A stretch of 63,996 nucleotides of DNA, filler included, from Dirinaria sp. TL-2023a (Eukaryota), in assembly GCA_051941275.1 (NCBI GenBank). It is 5 parts of 5 records of this genome, joined end to end, with 100 filler letters (N's around TTAATTAATTAA, not from the genome) between each part and the next. Parts side by side here need not be neighbours in the genome. Positions count along the whole stretch, not along the records: positions 13,226 to 26,346 come from JAVEBF010000711.1; positions 26,447 to 39,560 come from JAVEBF010000712.1; 3 more parts are not named here. One strand, written 5' to 3'. The notes under the pieces are model-generated. The model worked only from the letters and a program-made list of their open reading frames with translations. It was not told the origin of the DNA and ran no database searches. The translations under genes and the position numbers were made by a program. Below are positions 13,479 to 26,654 of this stretch, piece by piece (the stretch's first letter is position 1; each line of letters begins with the position of its first letter).

Positions 13479-16059
13479 TTAACCCATCAAAACCCTCAAC
13501 ACCTCCTCCGCCGTCTCCTTCACATCCTTCTCCTTCTCCTTCCCCTCGGCCTCGCCGATCAATTTCTTCAAAACCGTTTCCGCGCCCGTACCGCGAAGCG
13601 CCGCTTTCCCCTCGTCGGCACTGCACAAATGGCCGGCGCAGACGAGGCCGCGCACCCGCACGCCCTGGTCTTCGTCCGTGCACATGGCCAGCACCCTTTC
13701 CACGCCGCCTTCGCGCGCCAGCAGGTTCGCTACTCCTCCTGCTGCGGCACCTCCTTCTCCTCCTTCTTCGTCCGAGGATTTCCCGCCCGTGATACCTGCT
13801 AACGCTCCTCCAGCGGCGAGGCGCGTGCTGACATCTTCCGAGTCCGCGAGCGCGAGGAGGACGTGCAGGCGTCTTTTTGCTTCCGGGGTGTTGGTCGCGA
13901 AAAGTTTGACGCCGGGGGGGGAGGTGCAGAGGTTGCAGATGAGTTCCGTGCAGGCGCGCTGGATGAGGGGGTTGCTGTGCAGCGAGAGGTCTTCGAGCGT
14001 GGGCGTGGCGTGGCGGATGATTTGCTCGTGGATCGAGGGGGAAGGGCTCGAGGCCAGGTTTGTGAGTGCGAGCAGGCCTTCGAATGTCGGGAGCAGGTCG
14101 CGAGGGGAATTGCTGTTGCTTTCCGCCGATTCTAATTCTGGGGGCGTGAGGAGCGTGAGTAAAGGTCGGATGGCGGATGTGAGGGGTGGAGAACCAGAGG
14201 CGGGGAAGATCAGTGTTGGGTCGACGGAGATCAGGATCCGTGCTAGAGCGTGCGCGGCTGTGAAGCGGGATTGGATGTCCGCGTCGCTGTTGCCGGGGAT
14301 GGAGGTGTAGGTTTGGAGCAGAAGGCGGGCGGCGCCTTGCTGCGCCAGTGTTCCGCGATTGTGTTGGTTGCGGGAGAGGGAGAGGAGGATGGAGAGGAGT
14401 AGACTTTTTGAGGCTGAAGAGAGCGATTTGGAGATGCTGACGAGTAGTGGTACAAGACCAGCACGGACGAAAATAGCGTTGCGTTTAGTGACCAAATCAT
14501 CGGAGTCGAATGGAGAAGGTTCAGCGGAGGAGGGAGCAGCGTTCGCGTACGCTTTCAACTGAGAGAGCTTCTTCTGCTCTTCTGGAATAGTGGGAAGGTA
14601 TCGAGTTACATTGTTGATGAGAGTCAGAGCACCGAAAATCGTTGTGGAGCCTGTCTGTGCACGCTTCATTGCGTCAAAGAGACGTTTTATGAACCCTCTG
14701 TCGTTAGCGAGCTCTTCTTTGACTTTTGGCTGGGTTGAAGCGTATGCTAGGCCTTCGATGGAGCTGTTGAGAGTAGCCGGACCTGCAGATATCATCATTG
14801 TTTTCAGTCTTGGGACGAGATCATCCTCCTCCTCATCAGAGACTTTAGATTTGCCCTTTTCGTCCGTGTCCCCAGCCGCTTGAGTCTTTGCTAGCACTAC
14901 TGCCGCAAGATTTTTACTTTTTTCTTTGTCGGAATTCATAACCTGTGTGAGCCATTCAGTGCAATGCTTGTGGATTGCCTGTCGGCATGCGGTATCGATG
15001 CATGCAGCACTGAGCATGTCTAACGCAGCTCCTTCGGCCCGCTCTGACTTGATTTTTTTCTCTAGTAACGGAACTAGAGACGGCACAAACCCTTCAATGA
15101 GAAAGAAAGACGAGGCCATAGCTGGAGCGATAGGAAATATCGCAGCCGCGGCTGAAAAAGCAAGGATCAGATCTTCAATGGTTTGATGTGCAACGCGTTT
15201 CTGAATGAAACTTAGGAGATACTTCTGACCTTCGCTTTTCGATGCCTCAAGGTATTTGGCGGTAGTCATCGTGGCCTGGCTGCGGAGTTCGATTGGCAGC
15301 CGGTTGTCAAGCGACACCAAAATGGCGTCAAAAGTTTCTTCATCCACTAAACCATGGAGTTTCTCGGCGTCGGTGGCAAGGAGCCGGGCAATGCCCTTCA
15401 GAGCCTTGCCGTCATGATCGTGACCCACTTCCATCAGTTTGGCAAGGAAAAGTTGAAAGACGTCTTTCTCGCTTTTCTCCCTCGCCTGTTCTTGTGGCCA
15501 AGCGCTGGGCTCCAGGACGACGGTGGCCAAGGCATTAGCAGAGCCATCACCGAGCTCATAGAACTGCTGGAACGTAGTGGTTTCAGACTCGATTAGGCGC
15601 GATGCTAAGTATTTTCTTGCCCTGAGCGATTCTCTTAGTAACCCGGTGATGAAGCCATCGACTAGGGCATGGTTGAGAGTGTTTTGATGCTGTAGTAGCA
15701 GATGCATACATTCGTCAACGACATCTGACGATACCTGCGCAGATCTAGCTAGATAGCTGATAGCCTCTTTCGCGGATTCCTCCTTCCCATGACTGGTGAA
15801 TTCCCGGCATAGCTTTAGTAGTGGATGAGTAGTCTCATCAGCCTGTATTCGAGCGAAAGCATCTTTGACATCTCTATTTTCAGGCGCCAATGATATAGCC
15901 TCTCTTATCGCTCTTGAGCCATGCTACCATATTGATGAGTGATCGAATCAACAACTTTTAACGATTAATGGGGTGCACCTCTACTTGGCCGTCGCCAACT
16001 GCAGCGACAGCTTCTTTTGCTAGTTTCACAGCCCGTTCCTGATCAGCTCTCTTGTCCAT
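13479..16059 (-). CDS. SHE4: UCS-domain myosin chaperone (She4/Cro1/UNC-45 family)
   Basis: Exon 16059-15979, intron 15978-15924, then 15923-13479. ARM-like helical protein with EGLAYAS, RGTLAQQGA, AAHALARILISVDP, FEGLLALTNLAS, RACTELICNL and RLAAGGALA. Confidence 0.88.
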
Positions 16060-16643
16060 CACAAGATACGGCGGATTCGAACAGAAAGATGCGATGGCTG
16101 ATGAAATGCAGTACGAGTAGTCGAGTGGTCTGTTAAGTACAATACCTAAGCAATATGATCAACTCCTTCGGTAAGTCTTGGCAGTTCTATCATATCAATC
16201 AATGTACCTCTTTGCAACACTTCTGGCAGGCGTAAGGCAGGTGCACAACCCTTTCTTATAGATCAGAGGAAGCACAGCGAGATTTAAGGCAAACTACAGG
16301 AAAGTGCGAACTTTGTTTTCTTTGATGCATTTGCCAGGTGCTACACTTGCTTGTTTGGCAAGAGCTACCCAGCTTTGCGACCTGGAGCAAACTAGTCACT
16401 ACATATCATTTCCTACACCCAGGATGGTCGACAGCATCGGAGATCTCTTGACCACAATGGCTGCACAGTTCCTCGCTACATCTCACCGCCTCGAGTAGTG
16501 GCGCTATCGTACAAATACAACTTCGTCCATGCGCATCTATGCGCGCCTGATACATCGACGGTTCCCATATCACAACTCCATACCTTATCATGTAATCATG
16601 CTTGATGCACGCATTTCGCTTTTTATCCGCTAGCGCTGCCAAG

Positions 16644-19600
16644 CTATATCGTCAAGCGGTTCGAACGCTTCGTAGGGGTTGCTTTGAATGCGGTCGGAGC
16701 AGCCTTGCGCTTCTTCCGGCTGGTCGACGCCATAGTCTCCCCACCTTCGACAACGGGTGTATTGACGGCGGAGTCTTCCAGAGTAGTCGCGTCAGTCAAT
16801 GATTCTGCGCGGCTGGGCAGCGACAAGTCCTGAAGCGTGTCCTCTGTAACTTCTGCAATGGATTTCTTTTGCTGACAGAACTGCTCGTACTGATCGTCAA
16901 TGATGCCCTCTTGGCGTCGCCAGAACTTGCGAGCCTCTTCGTCGTGCAGGGCGTGGTCTGTGCAGGCCGGACAACTGATATAGAATGCTTGGCTGATCGC
17001 AGGAAAGCCCAGGATTTCGTACTCCTTGAGGTTCTCCCCATAGAGCTTGAGCTGATCCCAGTCCAGGCAATCTTCACAATAACCACGCTCACACCACCGG
17101 CAGCGGAAGAGCATGCCGCCCGCATCTGAGGTCTTCTGCTGGCAATCAAAACATTGATGTTGAGGGCAACTGAAGCCAAGCTTGACTTTGGATTTGGTTT
17201 TGAAGTCCTTGTCCAGGCACTGGAAATGATAGGATCGTGGACATCCAGAACACAAGATAAGGTCCCCGCCGTCCCAACAACATTGGCATTGCTTTGCAGC
17301 GTTAGCAGCTTGAGTCTGTGAATGTGAAAGCCGAAATCACTTACTTCTTGATTGACGATTGGCGACCTCTTGTTTCGTTTGACTTCAGCTAGCCTTGGAT
17401 CTTTGCCAGCAAGGGTAGGCACTGCTTCCCAGTCGCCGCAGAGCAGACTCTCCTTGTTGACCGCAAACCCATCCACCATTACCGTTGTATTCTTGCCAAC
17501 CCTGCGCTGCTCGCGTTTCCAATCCTCAGAGATGTCGCCGTAGCTTCCCAGCTCTTTCGCTTTATTGTATTTCTTCCCCTGGAAAACATGAGACTCTACC
17601 ATTTCCATTTGAGACAGCCACTTCTTTTCGTCGTCTTCCTTAGCTTGAGTGTTGCCATGCCCACGTAAATCACCTGAAACGTGCATGTCCGCAGGTTTAT
17701 CCTTACACTTTTCCAGCATTGTCTCCCAATCCCAGTTGATCATGTCATCGACATCTAATTCAGGATGTGCAAGAGCCTGGGCGCCGCGACGGACAAGGGA
17801 CATCAGCTGGCTGGTGTCAAGCTGAGGCATTTCATCGTCGGTTGCTTCGACCACACGTCCACCCGGGCCTTTCTTCACTCTTGCGGGTGTGTGCACGTCT
17901 CGCATGCTCTCCGTAACCTTTGCTGAGAGATAGAGCTTCTTCTGGATACGACCCATCATCTGTTCCTCGACGGTACCTTGAGTGCAGAGCTTGTACACCG
18001 TGACGGGCTTGGTCTGGCCAATGCGGTGAGCGCGAGCCTCGGCCTGCAACATGATCTGTGGATTCCAATCTTGATCAAGCATAACGACAGTAGACGCTGA
18101 AGTCAAGTTGATACCCAGACCACCGGCACGAGTTGAGATGAGCATAACCCGATAGTCGGACGCGTCTTGGTTAAACATTCGAATACCCAAGTTCCGTCTT
18201 GCTCTTCCCGTTCCACCGTCAAGCCTAGTATATTTGAAATGCTCACCATTTCCACCACGAAGGGCGAGAAGGTCCTCGCAGCAATTAAGCATTCCGGTAA
18301 ACCCAGAGAAAATAAGGATCTTTTCTTTCCGAGCGATGACGAGCTCCTTGATGATCTTATCCAATAGGATGAACTTACCCGATGCGTGGATAATATGCTC
18401 GCCCAGATAATACGGATCAGGCTCTGCGTGTGGGAGGAGATAGGGGTGATTGCAGGCTTTGCGTAGTTGCATCAAAAGATTCATCAATTTTCGCCAGGCA
18501 GAATTCTTAGCCTCGTCTTGCTGTTCGGCCTCGATTGCTTGACGCAGGATTTCTTTACTCTCTTGCCAGTCGGCGGCTTCTGGACCGTCGAGATCTCTGT
18601 CCATCTGCTCAAGTTGCTCCAGATCTTTTTGCTGCCACTGGTGATTGAGTTGCTCCTGCTTCTCATCATCCAACGTCTTTGATTCTTTGCCTCGTGCGCC
18701 TTGGAAAAGCTCGTCAAGCAGACCTTGATCGGTGCGTGTGAGCAGGCGAGTGTACCAAAAGCGTTGCATGGGCGTCAGCGGGACGTAGAGGAGGATGTCG
18801 GTCTTCGGAGGTAGATTCAAGTTTACACCAACGCTATCTTTCATCCGTCGAAGCATGATCAATTCGAGCAAGCGGCGCGCATGATCCAGGAATTCGGTAT
18901 TGACTTTCCCTTTCGACAAGTTGAACGAGTTTTTGAATAGCTCGGAAGTCCTCTCAGTAAAAACCTCAGGGTAGAGCCAATGCAGCAAAGCCCACAACTC
19001 TGACATGTTGTTCTGCAGAGGTGTCCCCGTTAGAATAAGGCGAAATTCAGCTCCCAAGCCCTGGAGAGATTTTGAGATTTGGCTAAGCTCATTTTTGATC
19101 TTGTGCCCTTCATCAAGAATCGCGTACTTCCAGACGAAAGCTTTTTTAAACCAGCCTTGCTCTGCTGCAAAGCCCTCGTAAGTCGTCACAACGAGGTCGA
19201 CATTGCGATTGTCAAGTGCCAGTTCGTCTTCTTCCAGATCGATGATCTCTTTGCCTTGAGCCGTTCGACGATCGTTTGATTTTTTGAAAGCTTTTTTGGT
19301 CATATTGCCGTACAAGTCCTCTTCTCCAGCGGCAACACGTTTGAGGCGATCTCGCTCTCGAACAGGGCCATGAAACCGGAGCACTTTGAGATCTGGCGTC
19401 CAGCGTTTTGCTTCGGACATCCAAGAGCTTAGCACGCTGAGTGGACACACCACAAGACAGGGCCGATTCTCGCCCCTGCTAGAGAGCGGCTGAGTTTCCT
19501 TCAGATGCTGAACAAGAGACAGTGTCTGTAAAGTCTTTCCCCTGCTGGTATGTCAGCCCATTGAACGCAGACCCGTAGATACAGTTGACGCACAAGCCCA

Positions 19601-20513
19601 TCTCATCTCCTAAAATTCCTGAAAGGCCATTGCGATGAAGGTAAACTAGGAAGGAGAGTCCTGAAAGCTGATATGGCTTCATCGGAGCTTTGACTCTGAG
19701 ATAAAGTGTTAGTCACAGATTGTGAATGGGCATGAACAGACCCTACCCTTGCGGTTGCTCAGAAAGAGCTTCATAAGGAGTGTCGAGTTCTTCAATTCCA
19801 TCATATACCTCAGCTCGCTGTTCTACAAGCCGCTGCACATAGTTCCCTTCGGGTAGCAGAGGCAGAAAATAGTCTTTCTTCGCAACGAAGAACCGAGACC
19901 TCTTGGCAGTAGTCTCGGTAGCAATGATATCCCTAACTTCATTTCGCGCAGTTAATGGCTGAGCAACAGTCTTTCGATTTGCGAGCGACCTCCGTTGTGC
20001 TCTGGGGAACGACTTCCGCCTCTTCGCTGCTGCTGGCTTGTCGGCATTCTCTTGCGCACGCAGGGATAGATGTAGGTCCTTGTGCTGACGCAGCGAATGG
20101 CCCACAGTCGACTGGCGAGGCGGAGGAGTTCTATTGGGCTCTATTTCTTCAATCTCATCCTCAATATACACCAGCTTACGCTTTTGTGGGGTTGAAAAAT
20201 TGGAATCCCCTCCGGATGGGGATTCAGCGTTGTCGGAATCATCTGAGATATGATAAGAGACAGGTTCTTTGCGTCGAAGCTCTCGCCGTTCCAGTCGCCA
20301 TCGTTCACCCATTGTTATGGAATTGGCGGATGCTGGTGCTGGTGCGGCAGCCGACGGTGGCACTGACTTCTTTGGTTGTGACTTTGGGGAGAAGGCTGCC
20401 AATATCTGCGAGGCTGTCGTTTTTTTGAAGATGGGTGGCCTCAGAGGGGAGCTGTTTGGAGTTCGCTGAGCGCCATTGGGAATGACGGACGACGAAAGTG
20501 GTACGGGCGGCAT
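16644..20513 (-). CDS. SNF2-family chromatin-remodelling ATPase with C-terminal PHD-like Cys/His fingers
   Basis: [24 protein letters not shown] (split by an intron), [42 protein letters not shown]-terminal [39 protein letters not shown]. Introns near 19696-19747, 19543-19594 and 17296-17345. Confidence 0.9.
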
Positions 20514-21084
20514 GTTGAACGTACAGTACTACAGAGTAGGTAGGGATCCGGGATCGTACAGTGTTCCGAAGGACAGAGGACAAGCGCTTGGAGATTGTGT
20601 ATCAGCGCTTTGCAATGATCGTAGGTGTATGAAATGGGAAAGCTGGACGGCCTAGTCACTGCTCACCGTCAAGTAGAGGACGGTCTCTTGCAGACCAACA
20701 AAATGCAGCTACATGGTGAGGTCAAGATGATGTCGGTTCTAAGATGCCATAATAATATGAGTCTAGGTGGTAGGTGGGTATAATAAGTAAGGGAAGGTAA
20801 GGTGGTTTTGACGCTCTTACCTCACCTTTCACTTTTCACCTTAAGATCAGCAGCTGCGCGTGAAGCGCGTTGTAAGTTGAAACCTGCATGGGACTAGCGC
20901 CAACGCTAGCAGGGTCCTTGTCTCGCTTATCTCAGCCCTACCAGGCGCTCATCAAACCAGAAGAACCGAAGAAACCAGGCTTCAATAGGTAGACTTCAGG
21001 TGAATAAAGTACTGGCATGGTAAAGTAATGTAATCAATCGCCTGCCCTTGGAGAGTGCTAGAGTCGAGCTTGGAACCTCGAGAC

Positions 21085-21868
21085 ATGGAAACTCCTCCCA
21101 AGCACGCTGCTCACGTCCTTCTTTCCAAAGCGCATCCTCAGCCAGCCGCTACCGCCATCTTCACGGAGAAGGTACTTCACAAGCCCCTCCACCTTCGACC
21201 CACTTCTCCCGATCCCTCATCCCAAGATGCCCGTGCCCAGCGCCGTCTCCAACGCCTTCGCAAACAAGAGCACAAATTACGCCACCAGAAACCCAAGCCG
21301 ATGTCTGCGAAAGAAAAACGCATTTCCGGCATCTACGACATCCCCAAAGAGCAGCAGAAGTACCACATCTACGAACCTCTCCACGCGTTATGGGTAGAAT
21401 ACATGTGGGAGATATTGGGCATGGTTGAAGGCCAGAAGAGCTATGTGACGGGACAGAGTGCGGGACCGAAATTGGTGAGCGCGGATTATCACGGGGCAAA
21501 GATGACGGTGGTGAGGAGTAGGTGTGTGGGTATGGTGGGTCTGGAGGGGATTGTAGTCAGAGATACAAAGTTCACTTTTCAGATCATCACCAAGAAAAAT
21601 CAGTTGAAGAGTGCGAAATCGCCTAGTCAAGCCAAGGCACCAAGCTGATGGAGCGATAGCAATACCGAAGAGGTACACTGTGTTCCGCATCGAGATACCC
21701 CAGCGCACCTTCTCAGAAGATGCGAACTCAGCTGCAGCTCCAGATACGGTCCATGGAGAGTTGAAGATTGAACCTCTCGTTTTTGAGCTTTACGGCTCTC
21801 ATTTTGAAAACAGAGCCACAGATCGTGCAACGAAGAAGTTCAAACAGAGAACATTTCCAGATCTATAG
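21085..21868 (+). CDS. POP4: RNase P/MRP subunit Pop4 (p29)
   Basis: YEPLHALWVEYM, KLVSADYHGA, VVRSRC, GLEGIVVRDTKFTF; intron 21611-21659; IPKRYTVFR, FELYGSHFENRATDRATKKFK. Confidence 0.92.
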
Positions 21869-22000
21869 AAATCAGGTCTTATAGCTACCTGCAGGGGACA
21901 GCCAAGTGGTTATTCACAGCTGTCACTGCTGGCCATATTTGGCTTTCCTGCCCCATGCCCCTGTTTAAGGGTGACGACCCAGGCCTGGGACCCCAGGGTC

Positions 22001-22414
22001 TCAACGGGCTACCGTCCACTCCTCCACACGCAGGACCAATATCTTCGTCTCGAATGCCAGCTTGCTGACCCATTCGCCTTCTTCTATGTTCCACTTTCTG
22101 GCTGCTTCCTGTCTCTGCTCTCTCGTCCGAAGAGGTGGGTCGTGATTATCTAGCTGCTGCTCTAGTTCTTGTCGGATATACTTATGAGCCTCCGTGCTTG
22201 CTAGTTCTAATGTATCGCAAATAGCGAGGTTCCCGAATGGTGCCTCCATGTGGAAGAGCTCGCTGTCGGACGCGTACGTCAGGACGTAGACCTTTGGATT
22301 GTCGATGATGGGAAGAGGAGGTATCAAGTCTTTCGAAGGAGGTATTTGATCTGCAAAACGGACTCTTGGGGGTCGCAGATAGTTCCCATAACCGCGTTGA
22401 GCGCGACTGGACAT
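22001..22414 (-). CDS. Hypothetical protein
   Basis: Open frame of about 137 aa from MSSRAQRG with globular-looking composition; no family recognised. Confidence 0.35.
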   Translation of the reverse strand: MSSRAQRGYGNYLRPPRVRFADQIPPSKDLIPPLPIIDNPKVYVLTYASDSELFHMEAPFGNLAICDTLELASTEAHKYIRQELEQQLDNHDPPLRTREQRQEAARKWNIEEGEWVSKLAFETKILVLRVEEWTVAR

Positions 22415-23029
22415 GGTAGTTTTTGTAGATCGCCAGGAGAGGTTAGGAGGTGCTTGCAGGCGCAGAAGAGCTGCCAAATCTGAAGGTTTAATATGATTGT
22501 AGACCGCGTTTGTTCTGGCGTCATGGAAATTATCAACCCCTTGTTGAGTCGCAAAGAGAATGGGCTACTGCATTAACAAAGGACTCCTTTTGTGTAGCAT
22601 TAGAGGAGATCATTCACCCTGATTATGACCAGGATTCACCATGTGACAATGCAGCCTAGCCCCACTTGATTGATTGCCTGCTTACCCTTTCAGATGGTGG
22701 AGTTGTTCAGGCATTCTACTTCCGGCTAATGTGAGGTAAGGTGCCTTCAGCTGTATGTGTTGAGATACAGTAGCTGAGGTCCTATCTTCTTGTAAGTCAT
22801 CGTTGCAAGAAAGAGGAACCTGAAGGCGGAGTGTAATCAGCAATCAAAAGGCAAAATAGATACAGCCGCAGTGAAAGTGATTCGCGGCACAAGAGTCATC
22901 TATGCTGACGAGAGCACGACAATGCGTTAGAAAGATATAGCACTTCGAGAATGTACACATCACTAAGGCCGAACTGATCGCACTTAAGCCCAAATGAAAT
23001 GGGAAAATTGCTGCTGCGTAACAAGGGAT

Positions 23030-24433
23030 TCATGCGTCTTCGATCGAGCTATCATCCGTTTCCCAGTCACTGCTTGATTGCGACAGCCTAGCCCTCTTCC
23101 TTGCAAATCTATCAGGCTTTCTTTTCCGATCCACTAGCCTGCGAATACGTCCTGATCCGGCGGGCGGTGTCAACCCTTTCCACGAGCCATCGGAGGAAGG
23201 GATGACGTGCAGCCCTGAGCTCAATAGATCTAGTTTTATGTTGTCAATCAATCTCACTGTCGTCGTGCCGCCCCCCTGTCCGGTATCTTCACCCTCTTGA
23301 GGCTCCTCAACGGGTAGCATCTTGATTGCGCCACTTAGGATTGCTCCGTCTGCCGAAATGACGGCCTCGAGCTCTTGCATGTTCTTAGGGTCAGCTAATG
23401 AGAAGTAGTCGACTTCAAAGAGAGCACGGTCCTTTGGCAATCGATTACGTTCTCTTTCCTGTGCACTACTTACCACTTCGTAAGCTGCAATCAGGAGATC
23501 CTCTCGTCGCCTCTTGCCGTGCACGAATGCATACTGCACATTTGCCAGAGCCTGAAGCAAGATGGTAGCTACTTTTCGCCGCCTCTCTCCGAGGTACACG
23601 TTGCGTGAGCTGAGAGCTAGACCGTCCTCCTCTCTGACAGTCGGACCCACTCGCACAAGAGTGTTGAGATGGAAATCTTCCACCATTCGCCGGACAACGT
23701 AAGTCTGTTGAATATCCTTCTGGCCAAAATACACCCGTTCCGGTTGTACGATATTTAGGAGCTTCATCACAATAGTGGCTACTCCTCGAAAGAAAATGGG
23801 CCTCGAGGCACCCTCCAGAACCGATGAAAGAGGTGTGATACTCACGAACGAGCCTTGTCCATCAATCTCAGAGGTCGGTGGTAGGTTGGGAAACATCTCC
23901 TGTGACGTAGGCGCAAAAACGGCCGTGATTTGTCCCATGGTGTCGTCATGCTTAAATTCGTCGCGAAGCGCGTCAAGCTTGTTCAAATCGGAATCCCAAG
24001 TCCGCGGGTAGCTCGCAAGATCCTCATTGACACCGAATTGGGTTGGATTGACATAGACTGACACACAGACTTGGTTGTTCTCTCTCGCAGCTTGGCGTAC
24101 TAGAGCAAGGTGGCCATCATGAAGGGCCCCCATGGTTGGCACAAATCCCAACGTCTGACCGTCGAATAACGCTGCTCGTCGAAGTTCACGGAATTTGGCA
24201 ATCTCGCGGCATATCTGGTAAGTGTCCGGCTTCAGCGCCGGCTTCGGCGCTGGCTTCGGCGCTGGCTTCGGCGCTTCCTGTGGTATCACAGGCATCATCG
24301 GCAAACGAGCAACGGGTATTTTCAAGGGATTGAGTACTCCAGCATGTTTGCAAGCCCGCACATCTACTTCATGTCACTTTCACTGTCTCGTATGTATTAG
24401 AATAGATATTCACTCACGGCGGACGAAGGACAT
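23030..24433 (-). CDS. PAN6: Pantoate-beta-alanine ligase (pantothenate synthetase)
   Basis: GFVPTMGALHDGH, SVYVNPTQF, EDLASYPRT, FFRGVATIVMKL, YFGQKDIQQ, REEDGLALSSRNVYL, RLIDN. Short first exon 24433-24418, intron 24417-24364. Confidence 0.95.
24228..24275. repeat. 12-bp coding tandem repeat x4 (APKP) in the PAN6 N-terminal linker
   Basis: ggcttcagcgcc followed by (ggcttcggcgct)3. Confidence 0.9.
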
Positions 24434-24827
24434 GATGATACACTTGTGCACTCGCCCCAGGGGATACCAGGGCCGACTGATCACCTAATTCCGACCACTG
24501 CTCCTCTATCAGGTGCGCAAAGGGAGCGCAATGACAGAGCCTGATGCAACTTATCCTCAACCCAAGCGAAGTCGTCTATCGTGGCCATGGTTGGCTATGG
24601 AGTCATTGCTGACAGCCCGGTGATGAGTTCTGCTGCGTAGAATCGAGCAGCGGTGGTTTAAAGAAACTACGGCGGACGCCATGTGCGAAGCGTGCAAACG
24701 CCAAGAGAATCACCTCGTTTGGTGTTCTATCAGTATCGAGGCAGCGAGAGTATCTTGCTATTTCGTGGTGGGGTGAGCTCCTTGAAAAGGATCCCCCGCC
24801 ATCTTGGGCCCGGAACAGCCCGCCGTC

Positions 24828-26346
24828 ATGGCAGATGATGGTATGCTCGTCAATTTTGCAATTGGGGACGAGATCTTAAAGTCAAAGCCCGTGTTCAAAG
24901 GTGGCCGCTGGCGAGACAGGCTCTCTGCAAAGCGAAGCACACAACGACCGCGCAAAAAGGCGCTGACAGATGGTGAAGCCGGAAAGAATGAGCTGAAAAA
25001 TACTGTCTCTAAAGATGCTATCAATGGATCGGATCACCCTGAACTGGAACCAGGTCGACCAGCCAAGCGACAAAAGCTCGACAATCAATCTTCACCGGCC
25101 AACCAGGTCCCTAATCCTACGAGAAACTCGATTCCAGCTCCAGCATCCAAGCGAGGGAAAGATGGTCCGCCGAAGGAGATCATCTCCTCACTTTTCACCT
25201 ATAATCCCACCTCCAAATCTTCCACCGCAGAACAGCCTCCAGACACCTCCGAAGCCGAGCCCTCAAACGCCCCACTTCCCGAAGGCATATCCAATTTCAC
25301 CTCCTTGGGTCTGACCAATACACTATCAGCGCACCTTCTTACCAAGCATTCTCTCAAAGCGCCGACGGCCATACAAGCTTCAGCGGTCAAGCAGCTTCTC
25401 AAAGATGACAGCGACGCCTTCATTCAGGCCGAGACAGGCAGTGGGAAGACGCTGGGATACCTGCTTCCAATCGTGCAGCGGATCATGAGTCTTTCACAGA
25501 AGCAGCAGCATACAGACAGTCAAACAAGCGAAGGGGAGCCAGGTAGCGTGCAAAAGGTCAAGCTGCACCGCAACAGCGGCCTTTTTGCCATTGTACTTGC
25601 CCCCACCCGAGAGCTTTCGATGCAAATATCCAGAGTTCTAAGTGTGCTTTTACAAAATGCGCCATACATCGTCCCAGGCACCGTGATTGGGGGGGAGAAG
25701 AAAAAGAGCGAGAAAGCGCGCTTGCGGAAAGGGGTTAATATACTCGTTGCGACACCAGGGCGTCTGGCAGACCATCTGGACAATACCGAAGTACTGGATG
25801 TAAGTCAGGTGCGGTGGCTAGTCCTGGATGAAGGAGACCGGCTCATGGAGCTGGGGTTTGAGGAGGAGATCAGAGGCATTGTGGAGAAATTAGAAAGCAG
25901 AGCGGGGTCATGGGCGAAGCAAGGTCCAGTAATGATGCAGAATGGTACAAGAGCCACAGTACACCGCAACGACAAAGAATCAAGCGCCGTGCAAGAACCC
26001 ATCCCAGAGGAGGGAAACCTCCCAAAAAGAAGAATCACAGTGCTATGCTCGGCCACGATGAAAATGACAGTCCAGCGCCTCGGGGAAATGAGTCTGAAAG
26101 ACGCCGTACACATCAAAGTCTACGCCAAACCTTCAATGACAGAGAACGCAGCCCACAATGACGAAAACCATGCAGAACCGACCAACGGTGAAGCACCATT
26201 CCAAGCACCCACCCAACTAAAACAGTCCTACATCATCGTCCCCGCGAAACAACGTCTCGTGACGCTCGCCGCCCTGCTAAAGCAGACCTTCGCCCGGCGC
26301 GGCAGCGTCATGAAAGCCATCGTCTTCCTCTCCTGCGCCGACAGCG
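24828..26346 (+). CDS. DBP7: ATP-dependent DEAD-box RNA helicase Dbp7, 3' end cut by the gap
   Basis: MADDGMLVNF start, FKGGRWRDR, AETGSGKT, APTREL, GGEKKKSEKARLRKGVNILVATPGRLADHL, DEGDRLMELGFE, CSAT. Confidence 0.93.
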
Positions 26347-26446
26347 NNNNNNNNNNNNNNNNNNNNNNNNNNNNNNNNNNNNNNNNNNNNTTAATTAATT
26401 AANNNNNNNNNNNNNNNNNNNNNNNNNNNNNNNNNNNNNNNNNNNN
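26347..26446. other. Artificial contig linker
   Basis: Same N/TTAATTAATTAA/N spacer. Confidence 0.97.
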
Positions 26447-26654
26447 CGTTGACCTAGGTAGGAAGACCAGAGGGTTAGCTGTGGATTTATAAAAGGGGAG
26501 AAGGGGGTTTGTGGTGTGCGCCTGAGCAATATGGGGTATCTCTTAGAATGCGGTGGCCACCACGTTTTTCTTTCGCCACTGACGGTAGCGCTGCTTGCTT
26601 CGTTTCTCTATTCTCGTGTGCTGAGAGAGGAGATCAAGGAGGAATGCTTACCAT
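26447..26654 (-). CDS. 5' end of a gene (ATG, 198-nt intron, GTC AAC G..), possibly ribosomal protein eL42 (MVNV...), cut by the gap
   Basis: caagATG followed by GTAAGC donor; branch GCTAAC and TAG acceptor at 26454-26456; TATA-like TATAAAAAG near 26882-26890 on the minus strand. Only 3 codons are visible, so the identity is a guess. Confidence 0.4.

Noticed and set aside
13678..15596. Plus-strand ORFs overlapping SHE4 (and similar antisense ORFs over DNMT5, SOL, CWC22 and the NLR)
   Set aside because: Antisense shadows of real genes, with no independent motifs.
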